The notes beneath the pieces were generated by a model. The model made no database searches. It saw nothing but the letters and a program-made list of their open reading frames with translations, and was not told the origin of the DNA. DNA of 64,000 nucleotides, taken from positions 32,001 to 96,000 of the IMG/VR virus record IMGVR_UViG_3300032288_003086; one strand, 5' to 3'. Within the stretch, counting starts at the first letter, position 1. The number at the start of each line of letters is the position of its first letter. The position numbers and the translations under genes are program-made. Source of the DNA: a virus. Positions 19,714 to 33,500 of this stretch are shown piece after piece.

Positions 19714-22700
19714 ATGGTTGATCCATTTAACCTGTTTAGTTCAGATACAAGCTCAACACCAGATCCTACACCTGAACAAAGCGTAGGTGGAAGATCCTCT
19801 GAACCTGCTCAATCCCCTTCTCTTGGGGAGGCTGTCAATCAAGCTGCCAACACTGTAATGAGTCAGCAGCCGATGTTTGACGTTAGCAGCTATGACCCTA
19901 AGTTAAAAGAGCGTTACAAAAGCGATCCTAGTATCTACAATGATTACTTTGATCCTACTGCTGATAATGAAAGGGTTGCTTATGAGAACTGGGATAAGAT
20001 GGACGCCCTGGGTGCAGGATTCGGTGGCTTCATAGAAAACTTCAAAACATCTTATTCAGAAGGATGGATGGCCTGGCCTAGGATGGGTAAGGCTCTTTTT
20101 AATTTGGATGCTGATTATCTGATGCCTTCTGAGAAAGAACTTGCTCAGATGGCAATGAATGAGGAGAAGATGCGGCTTGAAAACCCTATCTTCTATGCTC
20201 CAGGTACGGAAGATGATTTCCTTACCAAAGGATTCATGGCTGAGACTTTTCAGAATCTTGGTTTCACTTTTGGTACAATGGGGCAGCTTACTACAGAGTG
20301 GGGTATAACAGCAGCAATTGCAGCTTTAGGAACAGCGGGTGCAGCTCCAACAGGAGGTACTTCAGCTGCAGCAGCAGGAGCTGTTGTAGGTGCACAAGTT
20401 GCAGCAACAGGTGTCAAGCTTGGAAGAATAGCTTCTGTATGGCAGAAGATGGGAAGGTTCTTTGTAGGAAGTGCTGCTGACGATGCTGCTAAGGCAGGTG
20501 TTAATGTTACTGCAAATGCTGTTGATGATATTACATCTACAGCCACACAAAGTGCCATAAGGAGAAGTGTTGCAGATGATGTTGCTTCATCAACTCTGGG
20601 ACCAGCTACTGGTGGAGGTTCCCGTATTTTGGATAATGCATTACAGCTTGCTTCAAAGACTCCTATAGTAGGGAATTTTGCAGATGCTGCTCGTATAATC
20701 AGGGCAGGAAGAAACGGTACACTTACAGGTGCTGAAATTGCAAAAGTAGGAGCAGGTGCTCTTAGAAGAGGATTTGCAGAATGGCAGATGGCTGCTGGTG
20801 AGGCATCCATTGAAGCAGGGGGCAACTATGGTCAGATTGTTACTACTCTTACTGATGAATACGCCAAGAAGAACAATGGCGCTCTTCCAATGGGAGATGA
20901 ATACAAGAAGATACAAGACCTGGCTATGCAGAGTGCCACTTCTGATTTTGCAACCAATGTGGCAATTCTTGCAGTAAGTAACAAGCTTATGTTTGGAAAC
21001 ATGATACGCAAGTTCATGCCAGACAGTAAAGCTGTTATTGCATTGAGAAGTGCCATGATGAAAGACATGGCTGAGGAAGCGGGAGTACTTGCTGTAAAAG
21101 GCATGGGTAAGGCTGGTAAGGAAACAACAAGGTTATATCAAAAAGGACTTTTAGGTACACTTGGTCTTGCTCCTCAGATTGCTACAACTTTTGGTGGTAA
21201 AAGAGCTGCTTGGGAAGTCGGTAAAAGTACTCTGAAAGGAGTGACTAGATTCCAACTATTGGAAGGTCTTCAAGAAAACTTGCAAGAAGGAACCAATGAA
21301 TATCTCATAGATTATTACACAGATTTATACAATGGTGATTTAGCTACTTGGGGTAAGTCATTTGATGAAGCTGTGGATTCCCAGATGACCAAGCGTGGAG
21401 CAAAGACATTCTTAATGGGTGCCATGACAGGATTGTTTGTGAATCCTGTGGTGAATACCATACAATATGGTGCGGCGGCTTCTGGTATTAATCCAAACTT
21501 GAAGAACCACCGTGAAAGCGTATCCAGGAGTGTGGAAGCCATGAATAACTTCTTCACTAGCGGGCATGAGAATGTATTGAAGGAGACTGTCAAAAACATC
21601 AAGCTTCAGACAGCTTATAATGACGGTATGGTGGAAGCGCTTAATACACAGGATAAGCTGCAATACTATAACAACAGAGATTCAGCTTTGATAGCTGCGG
21701 TGATGCATGCAAGAAGAACTGGAACCATGGATCATCTAAGCTCCTTTATAAAAGGATATGGTGAGAATTTTAGTGAAAAGGAATTTCAAGAGGCTTTCAA
21801 TTACACTCCTCAGGAGTTAGGCAAGTCATCTCCTTCTGAAGTCATGGGAGATATATCCAATTCTGTAAAGAAGTTCTCTGATATCTATGACAAGAACATG
21901 ACCAAGTTTGGTTTGTACTTGGGCATGGATGAATACATGAAGGATCCTGGAGCCAAACAAAGGTTTGGAATCAAGAAGGCGGCGTTATTAGATGCCATTG
22001 AAACAGTATCCTTCATGGAAGCTAAGGGTCAACAAAGTGTTGAACGCCAAAAACAAATGCTGCAGGAGATTGCCTCCTATGCTTCAATAGGCAGTAGTCT
22101 GTCTGGAGCATTCAATACCATCATCGACCCAGATGAGATCGACAATCAACTGCTCCTTCTTCAAAATGAGATAAAGACTCTAAGTGATATAGAGCAAACA
22201 GACCAGACCAAGAAAGCCATTGAGGGTAAAAATCAAGAGATAGATGACTTGAGCATACTTAAAATGTTCATGTATGATCCTCAAATTGCTAAAGATCCAA
22301 ATGATCCTTCCAAAAAGATAACTCTTTGGGATGTTCGTATGGCACTCAAGGATCAAGCAGGACTTAGAAAAGGTATTGCTACTGTTCTTTCTAGATATCT
22401 GCAAACCAAGAATGAACAGAATGGTGTAAAAACTCCTGTAAATGAACAGGAAGTATACGATGCCTTGGACACAATTCTGGACTATGTAGCTCTAGGTAGA
22501 GATCATGCTGAGTATGTACAGGCTATAAATTTGCTAAATGATCCTGAGACATTCACCAATCATATTGCAAAGATGCAAGATGCCAGGGCGGGTGCTTTTG
22601 CCAGATTGATATATGATCAATATCAAAAGCTTGGTGAGATAAGTGAAGTTGCAAGAGAGTGGGTAGAAGCTCCTGAACAAAAACAAGCTCTTGAGGAACT

Positions 22701-24576
22701 ACTCAAGATCAGTAAGAATCCTTCAGGCACATTTGAAAACCTTCAGAAGATAGAGCAGCTTCGCAGTAAACTTGCTGGTAAATCATCTGAGTTTGAAGCT
22801 CAGCGTACCCAGGAAGAGAAAGCTAAGCAAGAGGCAGTTGAAAAGGAGAGAGCTCAAAAACAGGCAGCTTCAGACCAGAGTAGGGACTATGTGGATATCA
22901 TATCATTATATGAAGATCCTGCCACTACACACCTTGCCCTTGAGTTCATGGCCATGCGTTATGATCTTGATGGGTTGCGGGACAACTTCCCATTTGCCAG
23001 TGAAGATCTTGCTCAAAGGGTTGTAAAAAGATATTATATAGGAGCCAATGGTGAGAGGGTTGAGTTCCCCAGGGCTTTAAGGATTAAACTCAGAAGTGAG
23101 CTGTATCCTTATGATGCAAACAATCAAAAAATACTTGATGAAAATCAAGAGCATGTACCAGTAGATACTGCTATTGATAATTACAATGCCCTGTTCCATT
23201 TTCTCATGGAGTATGAGTATGGTCTGTTTGTAAACCAGAAGGGCAATGAGATCATCCAAAACTCCCAACAGACAACAGAAACTGTTACTGCTGTAGATAA
23301 TGAGAAGGCCAAGCTGATAAACTTCGTAGGTACTCCTGTAGTTCTCAATGGAACATCAGGTACCTTGCGAATCATCGATGACCAGTTTATTCTGGAATAT
23401 GATAATGGAGACATGGTTCTGTTGGGCCCTGTATCTGAGGAAGCTTCATTTGACTCATTTACAGATCTTTCACGTTCCTATGTAAAGCAGTCCCCTGAGA
23501 ATGCCACAGTGGTGTCTAATACAGTTGCTGCCAAGGTAGATGTCCAGGAGTCTGGGGTAGTTACTATGGAAATATCTACAAACAACCCTAATGAAGTCAC
23601 TATAAACAATGTGACCTGGAGTGTAGATAGAAATCAAGCGGGAGAGATTATAGGATTTAACAGGACCACTGTTAATAAGAAAGGTAAGAGAAAGGTCCAA
23701 AAGATGTTTGGTACTGATCCAAAGGTTCAAGACTACATCCGCAGGGTCAATGCCTTTCTTATGATGACTCGTGCCATTCCAGATAACGTAATGGATGCTG
23801 CTACTGAGATTGAGAGTCTTGATATGGCTATTGCCCAAGCCACTCAGGAAGTCATGTCAATGGAGGAGCGCAAACTTCGCAGTGATGAGTTAATGGCTCA
23901 GTATCAAGTGAATAAGATTATCAGGGACAGTAAGACTCCTGATATCAACTTCTTGATACATCAGTGGAATAACTCTGAGACCAGAGCTGATATGACTCAA
24001 GAAGACTTGATGAAATTATTCATGTGGGCTTCTGACCTTCGTAACAAGATAAAAAGTAAGTTTACAATATACATGGGCAACAGAGTCTTGGAAGGAACCA
24101 TGGCTGAGTTGATCCAGGAGTATGTCAATCCCATATCTGAAATAATAGATGCAGATGCCACAGAACGAACAAAACCTAAAAGAGCTACAAAACGAGGTGC
24201 TAAAGAAAAGGAGCGAATTGAACAGCTTGATCAAGCTCTTGCCCCCAGAAAAGGCAAACGAGGTGCTAAGGAAGCTGGAGTCGAACCTGAAGGAAAAAAG
24301 CCCAAGCCAAGATCAGTAAAGACTGCTGTAGAGTCAGTAGACAAGAAGGCTGAGAAGAAGGCATCCAAGAGAGGTAAGTCTGAGACGAAATCTTCAGCTG
24401 TTGCTGACACACAACAGAAAGCCAGTCTAGGTCCTGGAACAAGGATGGCCAATAATATCACAGCCAAGAAGCTGGATACTATACAGCAATCCATAGCAGC
24501 ATCTAAAACATCTGAAATCTTCGAGCCGCAGGGTGAGAATCCATTTGAATCATTAAAACAAGCTTGTAATACATAA
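19714..24576 (+). CDS. Giant ejection protein 1, with hydrophobic Gly/Ala-rich putative membrane-inserting helices
   Basis: 1620 aa; WGITAAIAALGTAGAAPTGGTSAAAAGAVVGAQVAATG and FLMGAMTGLFV segments; EGLQENLQEG motif; first of the three giant genes around the virion RNAP. Confidence 0.7.
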   Translation: MVDPFNLFSSDTSSTPDPTPEQSVGGRSSEPAQSPSLGEAVNQAANTVMSQQPMFDVSSYDPKLKERYKSDPSIYNDYFDPTADNERVAYENWDKMDALGAGFGGFIENFKTSYSEGWMAWPRMGKALFNLDADYLMPSEKELAQMAMNEEKMRLENPIFYAPGTEDDFLTKGFMAETFQNLGFTFGTMGQLTTEWGITAAIAALGTAGAAPTGGTSAAAAGAVVGAQVAATGVKLGRIASVWQKMGRFFVGSAADDAAKAGVNVTANAVDDITSTATQSAIRRSVADDVASSTLGPATGGGSRILDNALQLASKTPIVGNFADAARIIRAGRNGTLTGAEIAKVGAGALRRGFAEWQMAAGEASIEAGGNYGQIVTTLTDEYAKKNNGALPMGDEYKKIQDLAMQSATSDFATNVAILAVSNKLMFGNMIRKFMPDSKAVIALRSAMMKDMAEEAGVLAVKGMGKAGKETTRLYQKGLLGTLGLAPQIATTFGGKRAAWEVGKSTLKGVTRFQLLEGLQENLQEGTNEYLIDYYTDLYNGDLATWGKSFDEAVDSQMTKRGAKTFLMGAMTGLFVNPVVNTIQYGAAASGINPNLKNHRESVSRSVEAMNNFFTSGHENVLKETVKNIKLQTAYNDGMVEALNTQDKLQYYNNRDSALIAAVMHARRTGTMDHLSSFIKGYGENFSEKEFQEAFNYTPQELGKSSPSEVMGDISNSVKKFSDIYDKNMTKFGLYLGMDEYMKDPGAKQRFGIKKAALLDAIETVSFMEAKGQQSVERQKQMLQEIASYASIGSSLSGAFNTIIDPDEIDNQLLLLQNEIKTLSDIEQTDQTKKAIEGKNQEIDDLSILKMFMYDPQIAKDPNDPSKKITLWDVRMALKDQAGLRKGIATVLSRYLQTKNEQNGVKTPVNEQEVYDALDTILDYVALGRDHAEYVQAINLLNDPETFTNHIAKMQDARAGAFARLIYDQYQKLGEISEVAREWVEAPEQKQALEELLKISKNPSGTFENLQKIEQLRSKLAGKSSEFEAQRTQEEKAKQEAVEKERAQKQAASDQSRDYVDIISLYEDPATTHLALEFMAMRYDLDGLRDNFPFASEDLAQRVVKRYYIGANGERVEFPRALRIKLRSELYPYDANNQKILDENQEHVPVDTAIDNYNALFHFLMEYEYGLFVNQKGNEIIQNSQQTTETVTAVDNEKAKLINFVGTPVVLNGTSGTLRIIDDQFILEYDNGDMVLLGPVSEEASFDSFTDLSRSYVKQSPENATVVSNTVAAKVDVQESGVVTMEISTNNPNEVTINNVTWSVDRNQAGEIIGFNRTTVNKKGKRKVQKMFGTDPKVQDYIRRVNAFLMMTRAIPDNVMDAATEIESLDMAIAQATQEVMSMEERKLRSDELMAQYQVNKIIRDSKTPDINFLIHQWNNSETRADMTQEDLMKLFMWASDLRNKIKSKFTIYMGNRVLEGTMAELIQEYVNPISEIIDADATERTKPKRATKRGAKEKERIEQLDQALAPRKGKRGAKEAGVEPEGKKPKPRSVKTAVESVDKKAEKKASKRGKSETKSSAVADTQQKASLGPGTRMANNITAKKLDTIQQSIAASKTSEIFEPQGENPFESLKQACNT

Positions 24577-24582
24577 GATACC

Positions 24583-27500
24583 ATGAGTTGTTTCGTACCA
24601 TATGATAGCCTTCAGAATACCTTGCTGGCCGCATACAGGAGTGATTTCAACAAGTTCAAAGAGTTATCCGCAGTGATTGGCTCTGTAATGGGCACTAGTC
24701 TTTCCCCAGAAGCCAAGATCCATGCTGTATGGTTCTATGCTGGCTTTGTGGATACTGCTGCCCAGAACATTCCTGAGTTGCAAACCCAACAGTGGAGTGA
24801 TGGTGCATATAGGAAGTTGCATAACTACCTCAAACCTTTCCTCAATGGAGAGCAGGCGTTTGATTATGATATGCTTCTTGGTAAGATCAATGAGTTACTT
24901 GCTCCAGTGACACCAGAAGTTACTCCAGCACCAGCAGCTCCTGTTGAAGTAATTGAATCCGATGACCGCAGTCTGTCAGAAAGAATCAATGATGCCATAG
25001 CTGAAACATCACAGATTACAGAATCTGATCTTTCCAGTCATGTCAATGACATCATTAAGATGATTACTGACAATGCTGTGGAGCTTAATGAAGTTGTCCT
25101 GGATCCTCAGACAACAGCTGTGGGCAACATGCTTAAGTACCTCAAAGAAGTATTGTCAAAAAGAGAGGACTCATCCACCAAGGTATCAGTCTTGGAGAAT
25201 GTGAACTATGCTATTGACAACATGCTTCAATCCGCCACCCAAGGTTCAAAGTATTTTGACTTGGCCGCGGTAGAAGGCATAAGCATGCACAATGGTTATC
25301 CAATTAAGATAGTCACTAAACCCAATGGTGAAAATATACAAGTAGTGTATTCACCTGAAAAGGGAATTGATGTATACTGGTCTCCAGGAACACAAGAGCA
25401 TCTTGAACCTTATATTCAAGATAAAAGTGATCATGCTACTAAAGTGTTTCCACAAAAAGATAACTTATATGTAACCAATCCTAACACTGGTGCATTACGC
25501 ATACAACCTGATCAATTGTTTACAGGGGTATCCATACCTTATGAGAATGACAAGATACAAGGTGAAAGAGCTGAGGCAATTTCCCAAAATGCTCCAATAG
25601 GTGCACCATTCCAATCTTCAGTGACAGTTCGTGCCCATACCAATACTGTGGAGTTAAATGCATCACGCGTTGAAAGACTGGCTCAGGAATATCCTGATGT
25701 CAATAGGACTCTTGAGACAATGGAAAGACCTAATCAGCGTGAGATGCTTAGGAATGGCAATGGTCCCATCATAACATTATACAGGCCTGTATCAGGATTC
25801 ACCATAAGGATCAATGATCAGCTGGGTAATAATGGATTTGATCTGGATACTCTGGCTAATCTTGCAATAGTATATCCTGACAATAGTGTAGTTCCTTTTG
25901 ATATAAACAACACTGAGCATGTCAATATCCTCAGGGCCAATGTTGAAACCAAGACTGGACCTGAGACATATGGCTCCATGACTGACAATCAGTTTGAGCA
26001 GTTGAAAGAGTCTTTGATTCGATACAAAGCATTTGAAAAAGAAGTGATGGAGCGTATGGAGCAAGAGAATAGCTCTGATGTGGACATCAAGGATATATTC
26101 AATAGGTATTATAACCTAAGTAATAACATCCAGACTTCTGAACTTATCTCAGATGCCAAGCCTAAGACTAGCTTACGTGAGTTCATTGAAGAGAATGATG
26201 GCTCATTGCCTGTAATGCTGCAAAGCACAGATCAGGAAAATGCACAACCTTACTCAGGTAGGATATACATTGTTCTTCGTAAGCAGAAAGGTGTGTGGAC
26301 AATTGAGAGCACTCTTCCCAAGAATACTGTTATTGTAGGCAGGGATGGCACCAAGTACAGGAGTATTGAGAACTATCTGAAATCAGAAGGGGTCGATTAT
26401 ACCCAGGAGATCACATCCAACTTTGGTAATAACCAGGCTGTATATCTCTCCTTTCAGTATGTAGGGAATAGATTGAATCCAAGGATCATTCCTTTGATGT
26501 ATGACAAGCGCGTGCGCAACAGCAAGGATGCTGTGGACTTTGCAAGTAGTCTTGTATACAGCTTTATGCAGGCTAGCATAAAAGAAGGTAACACTGCCAC
26601 TGCTGACCTTAACAATATATTGTGGGGATTTGATGTGATGGATGATACCAGAGCTCAGTTCACAGTATTGAAAGAAGTGGGTGGCAAGAAGACCTATGGT
26701 ATCAGGTTCTTTGGTCTGCCAGAGCTTCAGAACAATGACCCTGAGAGAGCTGAGATGCTTGATAAGAAAGGCAAGAACTATGATATCGAGTTCAGTTCTG
26801 ATATGATGAACTCCTTGTTCACAGCGTTGGACCAGATGATTAAGGAAGCTGGGGTGAAGATTCCAGAAAACGCATCTGTGAAACAACTTAACATGAGTGC
26901 CATGGAAGCCATGAATATCCTTGGCTCGGAACATGCGCTTGTGAAAAAGATAAGTGATCTTGTACAGGATCTTTCTGCTGATATAAAAAGGAAGTATGCC
27001 CAGACCATGACCAAGCATGACAGTGATGTCCATGATGGTGATCTGGCCATGCCCATATTCACTTCCAAGTTCAAGGACTTTTCCATGTTTGATGGCAACA
27101 TCATGAAGGTAAAGCGTAGAACAGAGAAGACTGATATCCTGGATGCCTATGACAGGTTGGAGACCAATGACCAAAAGAAGCTGACTGTTACTGCAAATGA
27201 GTCATCAACCAGGGTTTTATCAAGTATTCCTAACAGACTGCTTGAAGAACCTATGAAGGAGGCTCCATACAGTGCACCCATACAAGTACCAAAGCCAGCT
27301 CGTAAAGTGCTGGTGGATCCTACTTCTGTAGAGAATCCTTTGAACCAGCCTGTCAATCTTAATGAGATTGATGAGCAGAATAATGAAAATCCTTTCTCCC
27401 TTGTAGAAGATATTGAATCCTTCTTGACACTCTCAAATGAAGATTTCTCTTCTGAGATACAAGCCATGAAGGATCTCATGCCTGATGCTTTCACTTTTGT

Positions 27501-30500
27501 AAGCACAGGTCTCAATGGTATGAATGTGGATGGTCATGTGCTTGGTTACATGCAGGATATGTTCATCTATCTCAATGAGACTCTGCGTGCAAAAGGTGTA
27601 GCATATCACGAAGGATTCCATGGTATATTCCGCAAAGTGCTTTCCAAGTCACAACAGGACTTCTATCTTAACAAGGTAGAAGAAGCCCTTGGTGGATATA
27701 AGACAGATGACAAGGGTAAGTACATCAGTGTACGGGGCAAGAAGATATATGCCAATGACTTTCGTCAGCGCCGTAAGTATGGTCACCTCAATGATGACCA
27801 GATACGATTCCTCATATATGAAGAATACCTTGCTGATTCCTTTGCTGACTTCATGGGAACCAACAAGGTTCCAAGGACATGGATGCAAAAGCTGTTTGCA
27901 TATCTCAAGAAGCTGCTCAACCTGTTCAAGAAAGGTGGCAGGATTGACAATCTGTTCTATGACATCAGCCTGGGTAAGTTCAGGAATGCTCCGATCATAG
28001 ACAACCAAGGTCCTAATATGGAGAAGGTGTATAGCCTTGACTTCAGGGGTATACCTATGGCATATGTTGAAACCACTGGTAAAGTGATCACCAACAACCA
28101 GATCATAGGTTCTGAAATATCCTTGGAGGTGAAGGACTTCATACTTCAAGGTATGGCTGCATTGTCTATCAAGAATCCTGACATGTCTGCTTCTCAGTTG
28201 TTTGACTTGGCCAGGATGGAGGTGCTTAAGATGAAGGACATCAATACCTTGATATCCCAGTCTCCAGAACAAGAAGCTGAGATCTTGGCTAAGTATGGCG
28301 AGGAGTTTGCCACTGCAAGATGGCTTTTAGGAGCCATGCTAGAGGGTGAGACCTTTACATATAGAAACTTGACCAATGCACAGGAGTATGATAATCAAGC
28401 TACTACAAGTAAAAAGCAGAATGATATTGTCATAGCCAACCTTAAAAGATTGAAGTCTACAGTTATAGAGGAGTACAATAAGCTTGAAGATCTTGAAGAT
28501 GTAGCGGATGATGAGAATTTTGAAGAAGACTTCAACAAGCAAGATGAAGAGGTTGAAATCAAGGATTCATTCTATGAGGGCGCAGGCTTTGTTGGTATAA
28601 AACCCAATGAGGGCAATGCTGCTTTCCGCAGGATGATTCGTTTGATTACTTATGAAGAGATAGATCCTGTCCTTGGCATCAAGGTGCGCAGGATGGTAAA
28701 CTCTGCTTTGATATTCAGTACCATTACCAAGATTGCCTCAACAGAGTCAAAGGGTAATGCCATTCAAGCCATAAGTGATAAGATACAAGAGCTGGACTCC
28801 CAGATCAAATACTTCAGGGAGAATGTACAAAGCAAACTGCCAAACCCTAATGTCATTCCAATAAGTTATGACAAGGCCATCAAGCTCAGGGACAGTCTCA
28901 AGGCGGTATATGATACCATAGATAACATCGTAGGTCTCAATGAAGACTTCGAGGCAACTCGAAACGAGCATGTACTTAAGCAGTTCTCCACTGTATTCTC
29001 AAAAACCAACATCAAGCTTATCCAAGCCGAGGTTACTACTGAGATAGAGTTCGACCAGAACAAAAAGCCAGTACCTGTTCCTACACCTGAGTCTGCTGTG
29101 TCAGATATTGTCACGCTTTATGATATCAATAAGATAAGGAGTTCGCTGCGTGATTCCATATTGTCAATAGACATGACTAAGGATCAGGCAAAACCTCACT
29201 TGCAGAAGTTGCGTGAGCTGGCCAAGCTGCTTAATATAACCAAGCAGTCTGCCATTGACAACATGCTGGATACTTTCTTCACAGATAGTGGTGTGATCAA
29301 TGACCATGCTTTCAGGAACTTCATTGATGATGTATATATCACACTGTCAGCTTTCAATTTAGACATACCTTACTCGCTTCTGTATAATGCAATAGGTCAT
29401 ACGGTCTATATGGCCATGGGTAAGAACCTGGCCATGTTTCCCCAGAACAGTGACTTCAGAAGGTCATTGAGTTTAAATAAGGATTTCTTTCAAGATTTCT
29501 CCAAGGTAAAACATGACTTCTGGTATCACAATCTTGTCAATGCGATCGAAGCTTCCGTGGAAGCATCCAATGAGTCCAAGATGCGCATGAACAATGAGGC
29601 ATTGACTACAGCATTGAAGAGGTTCACTACTCCGTATGTGGCTGCCTATGGTGAGTATATTATAAAGCATGACCCTACAATTGCTGGATCAAGCACTAAG
29701 AATGCCAATGGTGACACCATATACAAGTATGTGGATCCTAACAAGGAGATGATCATTCTTCAAAAGCTCAAATCTTTTGATAATATTGAAGAAGGTCTTG
29801 CTGCAGTTCTTAATGATGGATTCGAGCATTTCTATGAGAACAATCCTATGTTGGACACCAATGATCCAGAAGTGCGCGCGTTCCTTCAGAACATGCGCAT
29901 GGAAGTCTTTGCTGGATTCCAACAAAGATTCAACATGCCAGATGGGGGTGTCAAGATGGGTGACCCTAGGACATTCAAAGATATTGATGATGCTGCCTTT
30001 TTGATGTCCATGCTCTCACTGTTTGTCAGTCAGGAAAGGATATATGTACCTGAGACCAAGAGTTACATCACATCATTCAAAAGGATTCTTACAGTATATG
30101 AAGCCACTGGTACCAGTATGGTCACCAATGGTGTACTTAGAAGATATTTTGACAATGCATCTGGCAATGTACTTTCAGAAAATGGTCGTCCTAAATACCT
30201 ATGGGATCTTGTCAATGTCCTCAAGCAGGAGTATGAATTGATTCGTACTAACTACGAGCAGGAAAGAACCAATGATGCAAACACCAAGAAGTACCTCAAC
30301 TACAACATCAACTCTGCCATAGACGAGAAGACAGGGTTCCCCAAAGACAGGGGTTTCAGGTTCAATGTGCTTGCTGACTTTGCAGATGCCAATCCTGATC
30401 TTGCCAAAGAGTTGATCATGGCTGCCAAGGAGGGATTGTCATTTGATGCCATCATGGCTTCCAAGTCTGAGAAAGTCCTGGTGGATGACATGCTCAATAA

Positions 30501-33500
30501 CCTGCACAAATATGCCCAGAATCAGTATGTGACATTCAGGGATAAGTTTCAAAGCCTGGGATTGGATGAGACACATATTCCATTGTATGTGACAGATGTA
30601 TTTGATGAAGAGGCTCAGGTATTCCAGAATGCAAATCCAACCACTGTTCTCAGGGAGTTCTTCTTCAATAACTGGATAAACTCTCTTTCATTGAACCAGA
30701 TCTTTGATGGTCCAGTAGCGGTGGGTGTAAAGAACTTTGCCAACTTCTTCAAACGCCAGAAGGCTGGTGCTGCTGCTGGTCCTAGCTTATTCAATCCCCA
30801 TGTGAACAAATATGGTGTGAGTAAGACATACAGGGCTGCTGTGATAAAAGAGATTGTCATGTATCTAGATGACTCTGATCTTACCAAGCCTGCGAGCTTC
30901 ACTCCTTACTATGAGAAGGGTGACAAGCGCAATGTAGAAGTGAAGATGATTGATGGTCAGTCCTACAATACCATTGCTAGGATGGTCAATGTGGCTGACA
31001 GCAGGGGAAGGCTTGACAATGAATCTTACAGAATGCTTAAGCGCATGATGTATGAAACAGAAGACACTTCCCAGTATGCTAAGAATGTACGCAAACTCAA
31101 CAAGAGAGGTATTGTCTTCAACAGCTTGAAGACTGTGACTGCAGGTCGTATTGAATACGTCAAACAGTCAGAGCATACTATTATGAGAAAAGATGTCAGT
31201 ACTCTCAAAGAGGGTGTTGACTATAATACTGCCATGCAAGAGCTGGATGTACTCTATGATCGCATCATGGATTATAGTTATATGCTGCAGGCTGGCAGGG
31301 ATGAGATGGTGTTTGATCCTTCAAACAACAGGGAAAGGCTTGTATCTGAATTATACAAAGAAGCTGTGACCCAGGCTCATTCTTATTTCGAGCCCATACC
31401 TCAACATGCATTCATGCATCACATGCTCAATTCCATGGAACTCCATAGGATTGACCAGATGTTTGATCCTAATGCAAGTAAGAAGATGACCATCAATCCT
31501 GTGGAGGTTGACTTACAACCTTCTACTACAGGAATGACTTATTACAACCTTGATCAGGCAGTAATGGATCTACCTAATGAATTCACATTCATCCAGGTCT
31601 CTACTGAAAAGGATGCCAACATGGTTACCCAAGGTATCCAACAGAAGCTGTTGCTTGCTGCACAGATTGCCGCGGAGAATCCTGAGTATGCCTCTATCAA
31701 GGATGACATAAACACATACAACACAGGTCTTGCCCAGATGGTGAAGACCCAGTTGAAAGTGCTTCAAAGGATGTTCAACACCAAAGACACAGAGGTGATA
31801 GGTAAGATCTATCAGGTCATCTCTGCAGGTCTTAAGCAGCAAGGTGCGGACAGTACCATACTCCAGTACTTTGAACTGAATCCAAATGGTAGTCCCAAGT
31901 ACAATCCAAATTTGATGGTTGTGCAGTCCACCATTGCCAACTACTTCTTTTCAATATTCAACAATAACCTGTTTGATAAAAAGATAGCAGGTAGGAAGTA
32001 TTACCATGTCAGTTCCATGGGTTACAATGTAATCGAGATGGATGGTAAGGTGATAACTACTTCTGAGTATAAGCGTAACAAGTCTAAGTATGACAAAGCC
32101 ATTGCTGCGGGTGAAGCCAAGGTAAGACCTTTGAGTTATACCAAGACCAAACTTGCTGATGGTACTTACAAGTATGAAGTGGAAGTGATCATTCCCAAAG
32201 AGCTTCAGTCTCTTGACCAAGAGTTCCTTGAGAAGTATATGAGTGAGTTCTTTGCTACTCGTATCCCTACTGAGGGTCAGCGTTCCATGATTGTAGCCAA
32301 GGTGGTTGACTATATGGATGAGGCCTATGGTTCTGGTATCATTGTTCCTCCCCAAGCGCACATGCTTGCAGGATCTGACTTTGACATTGATGCGCTATAT
32401 GCCCACGTCAAGTCATCCTATAGGACTCCTGATGGAAAAAAGGTATTGTATGGAGACTATTCTCATTACATAGAGAAGTATGATATGTCTGAGAAGGATG
32501 CCAAGTTTATGGAATACCTGGTGTATCTATCCAAGGATCCTGTAATGCAGCCACTTTTGCAGTCAGAACTTAGAAGGATTAACTACGAAGCAGGTTATAA
32601 GCAAGAGCAGGCCAGGAACTTTGGAAGTCTCTTTGGCGGTAAGCTTGAAGAGTTCTTCTCAAAGAATGCATCCACTATGGAAAAGGGGGAAGTAGAGAGT
32701 GACTCAGAACAGGAATCCATAGATACCTTCAAGAGAGTTATTGCTGTATTCAATGTGCTGGAAGATTTGAAGAAATCCAATCTTCCATCAGATCCTGACA
32801 GTCTTGAGAAAGAGACTAAGAAGAATGGTTCTCCTGTGATCCCACTTATTCAGAACAAAATCTTGCAAGCCAAGATGAATATCCTATCCAATGAGGCTGT
32901 ATATAAGAAGTTCATGGAAGAATCATCAAACAGGGCTGATGTGGCTGCGGATCCTTACAAGGCTGCAGTTTCAGAAAGAGGACTGAGTGAAACAGAAATA
33001 TATAACAAACAAAATATATATACTCCTACAGCCATGGTTGTGGCTAGAGGTTTGAACTCTGAATCCAAAGATTCTTTGGGTATAGCGGCAAGCTTCAACA
33101 AGGGTGTGAGTATGCTGGCTACTGTGCAGGCAGAACTCAAAGGAAAAGTGGGGACTGTATATGAACCCAATGCCAAGGGTAATCCAGAGCAGAGTATTGT
33201 CACAGACAAAGTTGTTGATGAATCTGTGAAGATTGTGGGTGGTTATATCGGTGTTGCGGCGGATGCTGCTAATAATCCATATCCAGGTCCATTGCATTTG
33301 AACAGTCATACTGTTCCTGTAATGCTTGCCATGTTCACCGTAGGCATGCCACAGCGTATGGCAATCATGTTCCAGTCACTACCTATAATCCAAAAGATAG
33401 TGGCTGAATATACTATGGAGTATGGCAGTGCCTATAAAAAGAATCCTTATTCCAAGGATATGCGATTTGATACATTCCTCAGGGATATGATTAATGAGCT

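Noticed and set aside
26383-28272. Long antisense ORFs (263 aa and 207 aa) and many other shadow ORFs opposite the giant genes
   Set aside because: They are fully nested opposite well-supported genes, have no recognisable motifs and an I/L/V/H-rich composition typical of antisense shadows.
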